Both the position numbers and the translations under genes were made by a program. From Candidatus Aminicenantes bacterium (GTDB taxonomy: Bacteria; Acidobacteriota; Aminicenantia; UBA2199): a DNA stretch of 64,000 bases. Below, piece after piece: positions 16,729 to 25,050 of the stretch (position 1 is its first letter; every line of letters begins with the position of its first letter). The notes under the pieces were generated by a model that searched no databases, was not told the origin of the DNA, and worked only from the letters and a program-made list of their open reading frames with translations. Where the stretch lies: contig JAPKZK010000020.1 in assembly GCA_026393835.1 (NCBI GenBank), positions 13,034 to 77,033 on the forward strand. The letters run 5' to 3'.

Positions 16729-18164
16729 ACGATAAACACAAAGTATTAATCATGCGGTGCGAAGATTACAATCTCGAAAGAATATCGAGAATCATTACCG
16801 AGGGCATGGCCGAACTGGGCGTTAAACCTTCCGGGAGAATCCTTCTTAAGCCCAATGCCGTCCTGGCGCATCCTACCCTTTTCCCTTATGCATTTACGCG
16901 CGGGGAGTTCCTGGACGGCGCGATTGCGGCCGCAAAAGCCAGGGCCGAAAATGTCAAAGAGATTGCCGTCGGCGAACGTTCCGGTATTACCATCGCCACC
17001 CGCTTCAGTTTCAAAAATGCAGGCTATTTGAAAGTTATTAAGAAACATAAGATCAAGGTTCATTATTTCGATGAAGTCAAACAGGTCCCGGTCCCACTGA
17101 AAAAAAACGGGAGTCTTAGAGAACAGATTTTTATCCCGAAACCGGTGGCGGAATGCGACTTTCTTATTAATCTACCTAAATTCAAAGCCCATCCCTGGTC
17201 CAGGCTTACCCTGAGTCTCAAAAACTTTATCGGCATCCAGGATGACCGACACCGGCTGGTGGACCACAATAGCTCCCTGGAATTCAAGATCGCCGACCTC
17301 CAGGAAGTTATTCAACCGAAATTTATCGCCGTCGATGCGATAACCGCCGGCCAGGAGACCATGCTGACCCCCACCCCTTTTCAAATGGGGGCCATCGTTA
17401 TGGGCGTGAATTCCTGCGCCGTGGATACGGTCTGCTGCCATATGGTAAACGTGAACCCCAGCGACGTACACCATCTCCGCTATTCCGCCGAAAGGGGTTT
17501 CGGACCGATAAATTTGGAAGAGATCGATGTCCTGGGAGATTTCCCCCTTGCCGAGGTACAGGAGAAGACCCGCGATTACAAATTTCTAATGCAGCGTATC
17601 GACGACTATTTCAACGGAAAAGGCAATCTTACCTGTACCGTAGGAAAATTCCCGGAAGCGCATTCCCCGGATTATTGTTGGGGCGGATGCCCCGGCGCCC
17701 TCCAGGAAGCGGTGCACATTTTTAGAAGCTTTTATCCGGGTGTAGATGAAACCATGAAAAAAGTCCGTTTCGTGGTGGGGAAAGTGGATGAACCGCTGGA
17801 CCTGGCCGAAGGCGAAAGGGTCATCTTTGCCGGCAACTGCACTGCCTGGCAAGGAAAAATCGACGGTAAAGAGGTCAGGATTGAAAGTAGCTATAAGACC
17901 CACAAGGAAGTGGATGAGAAAAAAACCAAAACCAACGATATGCTTGTGAAAATAATACAAAGCCTCTGGAATTGTTTCCGCAACCGGTCGTCCCGTTATA
18001 TCCACGCCAGGGGCTGCCCACTGTCCGTGGCTGAAATTGTGAATTATTTGTCTGCCGTGGGAAAAATCAAGAACCCGAATTTCGATTCCAGGGTTTTAAT
18101 ACCGGTCAACATCGCCTATTTGAAAATGCGCTTCAACCGTTTTATTAACCGGTTCCGGCAATAA
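16725..18164 (+). CDS. DUF362 domain-containing protein
   Basis: 479 aa. ILLKPNAV..., LPKFKAHPW...LSLKNFIG and VDAITAGQ are characteristic of DUF362. There is a 4-nt ATGA overlap with the GT2 gene. Confidence 0.7.
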   Translation: MNDKHKVLIMRCEDYNLERISRIITEGMAELGVKPSGRILLKPNAVLAHPTLFPYAFTRGEFLDGAIAAAKARAENVKEIAVGERSGITIATRFSFKNAGYLKVIKKHKIKVHYFDEVKQVPVPLKKNGSLREQIFIPKPVAECDFLINLPKFKAHPWSRLTLSLKNFIGIQDDRHRLVDHNSSLEFKIADLQEVIQPKFIAVDAITAGQETMLTPTPFQMGAIVMGVNSCAVDTVCCHMVNVNPSDVHHLRYSAERGFGPINLEEIDVLGDFPLAEVQEKTRDYKFLMQRIDDYFNGKGNLTCTVGKFPEAHSPDYCWGGCPGALQEAVHIFRSFYPGVDETMKKVRFVVGKVDEPLDLAEGERVIFAGNCTAWQGKIDGKEVRIESSYKTHKEVDEKKTKTNDMLVKIIQSLWNCFRNRSSRYIHARGCPLSVAEIVNYLSAVGKIKNPNFDSRVLIPVNIAYLKMRFNRFINRFRQ

Positions 18165-18166
18165 AT

Positions 18167-18243
18167 GCCTTCGGCCACCAGAAACCCTTTCGAGAAAGGC
18201 CCTCACAGAGGGCGAGGTTCCTGGACTTCCCAAAGCTTTTGAT
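18167..18243 (-). terminator. Conserved hairpin element, copy 2 (minus orientation), probable bidirectional terminator between convergent genes
   Basis: The reverse complement reads aaaagctttgggaagtccaggaacc...ggtttctggtggccgaagg, the same flanks as copy 1. It starts a few nt after the stop of the BNR paralogue 18249..20945. Confidence 0.55.
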
Positions 18244-18248
18244 TATTT

Positions 18249-20945
18249 TTAAGGTTCTTTTACTTCGAAGGGGCTTTCCAGGGAGATGGAACCCGCGGTC
18301 AATACCACCGTATATTTCCCGGGTTTGACATAAGCGGGAGCGGGTTCCTCATCTTCCTTTTTTACCTTTCCCGCTTCCGGCGGGGTCGGGGGCGTTATTA
18401 ATGCCAGATCTTGCGTCAAATCCCATACCGCACTATTCAATCCCACATCGCCGGTTCCTTTTATTTCCTTGATTATTTTACCGGAGGCGTCTTTTATCGC
18501 GAATTTCACTTCCTGGGGTTCTCTCAAATAATAATCGAAATAGGCGTCCTGCGCGCCGTACCACCCCCCCCAGTCTTCTACCGGGAGTTTCGCCGCCAGG
18601 ATATCGAACAGGTGCGCCTGTTTTGTCTTGATATCGCCGGTCAACTGCTGCAACTTGCTTACATCCATAACAAACATTCCCCGCCCATGGGTGGCGGCCA
18701 GCAAGATATTGTCCCGCGGATGAATCGCCAGGTCATGCACATACGTGGTAGGAAATTTGTCGGCCAGCGTCTGCCAATACTTACCGCCGTCGAGGGATAT
18801 ATAAACCCCCAGGTCCGTGCCCACGTACAGGATATTTTTATTCATCGGGTCTTCCCGGATCACATTCACCGGCCCACAAGGAATATTATTGGAGATATCC
18901 GTCCAGGTTTTCCCAAAATCAACGGATTTCCATACATACGCCGCAAAATCGTCATCCCGTTTGCCGTTTTGCGTCATGTAAACCGCGCCCAGGTCAAAGG
19001 CCGAAGCCTCCAATCGTGATACCCATTTGCCCTGCGGCAGCCCTTTTGTTATTTCAGCCCATGTTATCCCGCTGTCCCTGGTTACATGAACCCTGCCGTC
19101 ATCCGTTCCCACGTAGATCAACCCGAATTTCAGCGGCGATTCCGAAATGGTAAATATGGTTTGATACTGGATATCGCCCAGCTTATTCTTATCGTTGTAA
19201 GTTAAATCCGGGCTGATTTTTTCCCAGGAATCTCCGCGGTTCATGGAACGGAAGAGAAAATTCATGCCGTGGTAAAGGATGCGCGGGTTGTGGGGAGAAA
19301 GAATAAACGGCGCCAACCACTGGCCGCGCAGCGGGGGTTCGTCTTTCCCTGCCTTAGGTACAATGTTTACGCTTTTCTTTGTACTCAAATCCGTACGGAA
19401 TATCGTTCCGTAGAAATAAGCGGAATAGACGATATTGGGGTCGACGGGATCGATGGCGTGCCTGCTGCCTTCCCCACCCGGGGCTTCTTCCCATTCCTGG
19501 GCCGGGATTTGATTGCGTCCTTTGCCGAGATCCACTTTCGCCCGATAGCTGCCGTGGTCCTGGATGGAACCGTATACATAAAACGGCTCCGCCATATCAT
19601 AAGCCACAGTGAAAAATTGCACCAGTGGAAAGTTTTTAGTGAATGTTCTCCAGTTCTTGCCGCCGTCATAAGATACGGCCAGGCCGCCGTCATTGACATT
19701 TACCAGGTAATCGGTGTTGGCCGGGTCGATCCACAACCCGTGTTGGTCGAGGTGTATACCATCCAGCGTCCGGAAGGTTTCGCCCGCATCTTCGGATACA
19801 TTTAGGAAGAGTCCCATGACGTAAATTTTGTTTTCATTAAGGGGGTCTACGCGTACCTGGCCGAAAACCCAACCGTAAGTGGCGGAAAGTTGACGCATGT
19901 AATTATTATCGCGGCTCACCTGGCGCCAGTTTTGACCGCCGTTGTCGGAGCGAAATACGGTTGCGCCTTTAATCATACCTGTTTTAGGGCGACCGTAAGA
20001 ATCCGTCTCCCCTTCGGACCATTGGCCCACCACTTCGTAATTATCGATGAAAGCATAGATTACATTGGGTTTCGCCCGGCAGAGGTCGATCCCGATCCTA
20101 CCGCGGTATTTGGCGGGGGGCAGGCCGTTGTCCATGGGCAGCCAGGTTTTGCCGCCGTCCGTGGTTTTGAAGACACCGCTGCCGGTATAACCGGGGTCAT
20201 TCCTGGGGTCTTTCCATCTTTTCCGTATTCTCTGCCAGGTGGCGGCGTAGAGAGTGTCCGGGTTGGACGGGTCCATTACCAGGTCGATGACGCCGGTTTT
20301 CTCATTTATATAAAAAACCTGGGACCAGGTTTTCCCGCCATCCGTGGTTTTATAAAGGCCACGGTCCTTGTTATCGGTCCATTCATGGCCCGAAGCGGCC
20401 GCGTAAACAATATCCTGGTTTTCCGGGTGAATAATAATCCTGGGGATGGTGTGGGTTCCGGCCAGGCCCATATGCTGCCAGGTTTTACCCGCGTCTGTCG
20501 ATTTATAAACCCCGGCCCCGGCCATGGAACTGCGGAAAATGTTAGCCTCGCCGGTTCCTATCCATATAATATCCGGGTTGGAGGGGGCAATGGTCACATC
20601 GCCGATGGAAGTGGACGCCGCATGCTGGAAAATCGGTTCCCAGGTGACGCCCTCGTTAATGGTTTTCCAGAGACCGCCCGAAGCGCCGGCCGCATAAATG
20701 GTGTAATTTTTTCCTTTGGGGGCCACTATGGCCACATCGGTCATGCGGCCGCTGATGTTGGTGGGGCCGAGGAACTGCCAGGGGAGGTGTTTGAACATGG
20801 ATTTCTCTTTCATGGCCGCGTGGTCCTCGTACCATTTCAGTCGCTGGGCCGGTTCTGTGGCCGGGCTTAAAAAAATCGCCGTTAGAATGAGTAGTATCAT
20901 CATAAAGTTCATGCGTAAAATGTTTTTGTTTGACGATAAGGTCAT
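18249..20945 (-). CDS. Secreted sortilin/VPS10-type BNR-repeat beta-propeller protein, paralogue 2
   Basis: The ORF track gives 18249..21065. I prefer the ATG at 20945 (MTLSSNKNILRMNFMMILLILTAIFLSP signal peptide), which is preceded by GGAGGT. Repeated Asp-box motifs are present (STDAGKTW, TTDGGKTW, SDNGGQNW, SYDGGKNW, SVDFGKTW, SLDGGKYW). Confidence 0.75.
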   Translation of the reverse strand: MTLSSNKNILRMNFMMILLILTAIFLSPATEPAQRLKWYEDHAAMKEKSMFKHLPWQFLGPTNISGRMTDVAIVAPKGKNYTIYAAGASGGLWKTINEGVTWEPIFQHAASTSIGDVTIAPSNPDIIWIGTGEANIFRSSMAGAGVYKSTDAGKTWQHMGLAGTHTIPRIIIHPENQDIVYAAASGHEWTDNKDRGLYKTTDGGKTWSQVFYINEKTGVIDLVMDPSNPDTLYAATWQRIRKRWKDPRNDPGYTGSGVFKTTDGGKTWLPMDNGLPPAKYRGRIGIDLCRAKPNVIYAFIDNYEVVGQWSEGETDSYGRPKTGMIKGATVFRSDNGGQNWRQVSRDNNYMRQLSATYGWVFGQVRVDPLNENKIYVMGLFLNVSEDAGETFRTLDGIHLDQHGLWIDPANTDYLVNVNDGGLAVSYDGGKNWRTFTKNFPLVQFFTVAYDMAEPFYVYGSIQDHGSYRAKVDLGKGRNQIPAQEWEEAPGGEGSRHAIDPVDPNIVYSAYFYGTIFRTDLSTKKSVNIVPKAGKDEPPLRGQWLAPFILSPHNPRILYHGMNFLFRSMNRGDSWEKISPDLTYNDKNKLGDIQYQTIFTISESPLKFGLIYVGTDDGRVHVTRDSGITWAEITKGLPQGKWVSRLEASAFDLGAVYMTQNGKRDDDFAAYVWKSVDFGKTWTDISNNIPCGPVNVIREDPMNKNILYVGTDLGVYISLDGGKYWQTLADKFPTTYVHDLAIHPRDNILLAATHGRGMFVMDVSKLQQLTGDIKTKQAHLFDILAAKLPVEDWGGWYGAQDAYFDYYLREPQEVKFAIKDASGKIIKEIKGTGDVGLNSAVWDLTQDLALITPPTPPEAGKVKKEDEEPAPAYVKPGKYTVVLTAGSISLESPFEVKEP

Positions 20946-21064
20946 GGTGTTACCTCCGTTATATATAATTGGAATCTTCGTGCCTTTGGGGCTATTTTCT
21001 AGGTAGCCCAGGATATCTTGTAACATCAAAATTCTCAACCAAATTTGCTTTTGCTTGAATTTCA

Positions 21065-21295
21065 TTATTTCTTATCCAGGTTCATATAGTAGCTCAATTC
21101 TCCATCGGAAATAAATTTATCGGATTGGTCAACCACAGATGCTATTTCAATATCGAAATCCGTTGCGATTGCATCCGGTAAGGAAACAACCACTTTGTAT
21201 ATTGCTTTGGGCGTGGCGTATTCTTTAGGGCAGGATAAATGGCCGTCCTTTAACAACTGAGATTCAAATATTACTTCATGCATGTCAACCTCCAC
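21065..21295 (-). CDS. Small hypothetical protein (76 aa)
   Basis: ORF only, with no motif recognised. It lies between the NACHT gene and the BNR paralogue. Confidence 0.35.
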   Translation of the reverse strand: MEVDMHEVIFESQLLKDGHLSCPKEYATPKAIYKVVVSLPDAIATDFDIEIASVVDQSDKFISDGELSYYMNLDKK

Positions 21296-21459
21296 ATATT
21301 ATGATAGGTTTATTGAAAAGATTTGTCAAGTCCGCGCCGCGAGTACGCAGGCGTCAAACTATTAAGTAGTCAAATGATCAAAATACAAATGACTAATACA
21401 AAAAAACCGTCCGCGAAATAGGCGAAAAACAAAAATGAAAAGTGCAAAAGACCGGGTTA

Positions 21460-24159
21460 TCATGAATGGGTGCGAAGAACACGAAAACCGATCACATCGT
21501 ACAGGTAATCGGGGCCGCCGTTGCTGCGGGCAGCGCAACGCATATTATGTGCGCCATCATACCACGAACCGCCGCGAAGCGCATACCAATTATTCGCTGC
21601 ATCATAATAATTGTCCATCCATTCCCAGGCATTGCCGGCCATGTCCATTAAACCTTCGGGTGTGGCGCCTTCGGGGCAGTGCCCCACGGGAGTGGAGGCC
21701 CCGACATTTTTATTGTAATTGGCCAGGTTGGGGTTGGGTTCACCTTTGTATGCCGGCCAGGGATATTTACGCAGTGATCCGCCGGGTTCCCTACCGGCAG
21801 CCGCCCATTCCCATTCTTTTTCCGTGGGCAGCCTGTAAATAGATGCAAGCTGATGGATATCCGGATTTTCAATATCTCCCCTCATGGCAATATCCAGGCA
21901 GGAAAGCCAGAAACAATAAGCACGGGCCGCATACCAGCTTACCGCAACCACCGGTTGATCGTCATCATAAAATTTTTTATCATCATCCAGCCTGGAAGGG
22001 AGTTTAACCTGCCATTCCGTGAAGTTTTCGCCCAGGAATGCGGTATAACCTTTTATGGGCGTCGCAAATTTCAGGAGCCGCTGCGCAAATATTTCCAGTG
22101 GAAGAATTTCTAATAGTTCTTTTTCACGGCCTGCAAGGAAAGAGATGAAGCGCCGGTACCGTTTATTGGTAACCGGGTATTTGCATAAATAGAATCCCGG
22201 GATATTTTCTATTCTACCTGTAACTGAAAATTTATAGACGCCGCCGGGGATATTGATATATTCGACATTGTCTTCAAATGGATTACGAAAAGAGGATTGC
22301 ACAAGGCTCCCTTCGGGTTGTATTTGTTTCTTCAACTCTTGGAACCGGGGAGACGCTTCGGTGATGATATCATCGGCGTACGCCCGATTAACTTTATTCC
22401 AATTTTCATTATTCGCTGTTTCGATGGTCTGTATGGCTTCTGGGGTCCCGATGGTTTTTAAACAGTCCAATACATAACGTCTCTGGTTATTGTTTATTCG
22501 ATCGCTGTTTAAATATTCCTTCAGCGCATCAATTTTTTTCTGGGGGGCTTCCTTGATTAAAAGCTGCAATAAGTTTTGCTGATGGTCGTTCAGTTCCTTA
22601 CTAATATCGGCCTGGAAAAATAAATACATGAATCGATTGAAAATGTTATCATCAGACTCGTTGAAGAAAAAGCGTAGCGTTTCCGTCCACCAATCTTCGC
22701 CAAAATCGTGGATTAAAGCCTCCAAAAAGCCGGTTTCATAAGCTAACTTTCGCAATTCCTGTGCTGCCAGGAATTCCCGGAAGGATTTATGGCGAAAAGC
22801 ATAATAGTCTTTGCTGTGATCGACAATCAAGCCCACGCGGTCCCGTAAATACACACAAAATTCATCAGCCCACGGTGGACTGTTCAATTTATCTAGATAT
22901 TGCTGCATAAATTTATGCATCTCTTCTTTTAAAACCTCATTACTGCGTACTCCCATCTGCATCCAAAGGGCGACGGGAGTCAAAATACTACGTGATTCAT
23001 CAGCGGAAAGCAACGGACCAATCTCCTTTTGCCGGTCGCGATATTCCAGCAAATAGTTCAAGGACGCATCATATAAGTCCGACCGGGTTTCAGGTAAATA
23101 CCGGCGCTCCTTCCAGAGTATGGCCATAATATGCAGCAGCATGGGAACAGCGGCCAATTCTCGCACCGCTTTATTTTCTTCTTTTTTCAAAAAAGAAATA
23201 ATAATCTGCGATTGCCAGTCTGCCTTTTTAATTTGCTGTTCTTTCCATTTTTCCACCGACATATCCGGCGGGGGTAATTGGGTTGAAAAAGCCGCCCGGA
23301 ACCATTTTTTTAAAAATTCGTCCTGCTGTTGTGAAGAAAAATCCATAATATCTACCCGAAAATGGGGCATTTCCAATTCAATGCCGTCTTGCTTGCGGTA
23401 GCCGGCAGCGCGTGAAGTAACCACAAACTGCGTATTCCCCAATATTGAACAAAGATTTCCAAACCAGCGGCACACCTTTCGACGCCTTTCTTTACTGCCG
23501 ATTTCATCCAGCCCGTCCAGCAGCACCAGGGTGTTGTCATCGTCAAGCAACCCGGAAAAAAAATTCTTAGAGAAATTCAATAAACGTCTATCAAACCATT
23601 TTTCCAGGTTCACCGGTATAGATACCGGTTCATCATTTTCATCAAATTCCAATTCTCGCAGGGGAAAGTAAAGAGGAATTATCTTTCTTTCAAATCCCAA
23701 CCGTTTCCATTCTTCAGCGGTTTTATCAAGGCAGGCCAGTGCGTAATACTTCAATAGGGTGGTTTTCCCGGATCCCGGATCCCCGATAATCAGCAGCGGC
23801 TTGTGCTGATTAAAAGCCCTATTCAAGGCATCTTCGGGCGATAAAGGGGGTTCTTCTTCATAAATTCCCATGCCATCACGATTCTTAGAGCCATCGAATC
23901 GATCTTCACTACGCCGGGACACTGAGATACGCAACGAAACAAATGCGTCCTGAAGCCCGACAATCGAACTTTCTATATCCGGTGAACCCAATAAATGAAT
24001 CGTTCCCAGTTCCCTCTTCAGGGCTGTTGAGTACTTTTCTTGTTCTTGTTTTATTCCTTTTTTTGTTTCTTTATTGAGGCGAACAAATATGTAAATAATA
24101 TATCCCAAAATGGCAATACAAAATAAAGCTAATAATGTAAACGCAACTTCTACCGACAT
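21460..24159 (-). CDS. STAND NTPase: N-terminal TM helix, NACHT domain and C-terminal formylglycine-generating-enzyme (FGE/SUMF1)-like domain
   Basis: 899 aa with a TM helix (aa ~5-27), Walker A IIGDPGSGKTTLLKY, Walker B LVLLDGLDE, and a C-terminus YRLPTEKEWEWAAAG...GNAWEWMDNYY...LRGGSW...RCAARS...IGFRVLR, the FGE-sulfatase signature. Confidence 0.8.
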   Translation of the reverse strand: MSVEVAFTLLALFCIAILGYIIYIFVRLNKETKKGIKQEQEKYSTALKRELGTIHLLGSPDIESSIVGLQDAFVSLRISVSRRSEDRFDGSKNRDGMGIYEEEPPLSPEDALNRAFNQHKPLLIIGDPGSGKTTLLKYYALACLDKTAEEWKRLGFERKIIPLYFPLRELEFDENDEPVSIPVNLEKWFDRRLLNFSKNFFSGLLDDDNTLVLLDGLDEIGSKERRRKVCRWFGNLCSILGNTQFVVTSRAAGYRKQDGIELEMPHFRVDIMDFSSQQQDEFLKKWFRAAFSTQLPPPDMSVEKWKEQQIKKADWQSQIIISFLKKEENKAVRELAAVPMLLHIMAILWKERRYLPETRSDLYDASLNYLLEYRDRQKEIGPLLSADESRSILTPVALWMQMGVRSNEVLKEEMHKFMQQYLDKLNSPPWADEFCVYLRDRVGLIVDHSKDYYAFRHKSFREFLAAQELRKLAYETGFLEALIHDFGEDWWTETLRFFFNESDDNIFNRFMYLFFQADISKELNDHQQNLLQLLIKEAPQKKIDALKEYLNSDRINNNQRRYVLDCLKTIGTPEAIQTIETANNENWNKVNRAYADDIITEASPRFQELKKQIQPEGSLVQSSFRNPFEDNVEYINIPGGVYKFSVTGRIENIPGFYLCKYPVTNKRYRRFISFLAGREKELLEILPLEIFAQRLLKFATPIKGYTAFLGENFTEWQVKLPSRLDDDKKFYDDDQPVVAVSWYAARAYCFWLSCLDIAMRGDIENPDIHQLASIYRLPTEKEWEWAAAGREPGGSLRKYPWPAYKGEPNPNLANYNKNVGASTPVGHCPEGATPEGLMDMAGNAWEWMDNYYDAANNWYALRGGSWYDGAHNMRCAARSNGGPDYLYDVIGFRVLRTHS

Positions 24160-24227
24160 TGTAATACCTGCGGCGTTCCTTTAAAAGGTTTTGAACCATG
24201 AGAAAATCTTATTTTTTTCATCATTCT

Positions 24228-24256
24228 ATTGTATAGAAAATTGCTTCCTATTTCAA
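24228..24256 (-). promoter_or_regulatory. Putative sigma70 promoter for the NACHT gene
   Basis: The minus strand reads TTGAAA-17 nt-TACAAT, about 70 nt upstream of the start at 24159. Confidence 0.4.
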
Positions 24257-24273
24257 TAGGGAAAAAGGAATTG

Positions 24274-25050
24274 TTAATCCTTCGATACATATTCACCAAA
24301 CCCCGCAGCTCTAAAATAAGCTCTACGAAAACCGGCAAATCGCTTATTTGCCCTGGTATCTTCTTTAATTTTATTAAGGAATTCATTTTTTAACTCTTGA
24401 TTATTGGTATATTTAGCAAGAATTATTGTTCCAACAATGGTTTGAAAACGATCAATTAGTCCCGTCCGCTCTTCCTTAACCTCCTCCTTATTGATTGCCG
24501 TTAATTCAAAGGCAGTTTTATGACCGCGGCCTTCCTTATCCAATCCCACGGCTATAACCAAGTTTTCATTAACTTCCTGCCAGACAAACCCGATAAATTT
24601 TTCCGGGTCCTCATCAACCGGATTTATTAATACCGGTTTTTCCAGTTTCAAGTCATCTTCACCTGTGAAAGCCCTTTTACTTCCTCCCAGTAGGGGAAAT
24701 TGAGTCTTTTTGATTTCCTGGTTGCAGCTTTTGCAGGCCAGGAAAAGGTTTTCCCATTCATAGGCCAGCCACCAATAACCGGGATGTCCATTCTCATCCG
24801 ATATTCCTGCTTTGGGCCGGAAATGCTCCACATCGAATTCCCGTTTATCCCGTTTACGTTCACAATAGCAGCATTTACCATCATGCCATTGCCAGAGATA
24901 TTCCTTGATATCGTGCCAGTGTGGTTCAAAATCCGCGGATTTTAAGTTAATTCCGGCTTTAATCATATTTTCGATTTGCTTTTTGGTATCCTCGACTTTT
25001 TTTGATTTCAATGATTCGGGTATAGGGGGCCGTGTTCTTAGTCTAATCAT
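24274..25050 (-). CDS. HNH endonuclease of the PtuB / TIGR02646-like type (Septu-like partner)
   Basis: 258 aa. GKCCYCERKR..FDVEHFRPKA...WENLFLACKSCNQ..K gives CxxC...H...N...CxxC. There is an 8-nt overlap with the upstream ATPase gene. Confidence 0.75.
   Translation of the reverse strand: MIRLRTRPPIPESLKSKKVEDTKKQIENMIKAGINLKSADFEPHWHDIKEYLWQWHDGKCCYCERKRDKREFDVEHFRPKAGISDENGHPGYWWLAYEWENLFLACKSCNQEIKKTQFPLLGGSKRAFTGEDDLKLEKPVLINPVDEDPEKFIGFVWQEVNENLVIAVGLDKEGRGHKTAFELTAINKEEVKEERTGLIDRFQTIVGTIILAKYTNNQELKNEFLNKIKEDTRANKRFAGFRRAYFRAAGFGEYVSKD

Noticed and set aside
20946-21065. The N-terminal 40-aa extension of the second BNR protein in the ORF track (start at 21065)
   Set aside because: The internal ATG at 20945 has a strong GGAGGT RBS and begins a canonical signal peptide, while the extension has neither.
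24150-24386. The 78-aa ORF overlapping the 3' end of the HNH gene and the NACHT promoter region
   Set aside because: It overlaps a well-supported gene in another frame and has no motif. The region is better explained as the HNH 3' end plus the TTGAAA-17-TACAAT promoter.
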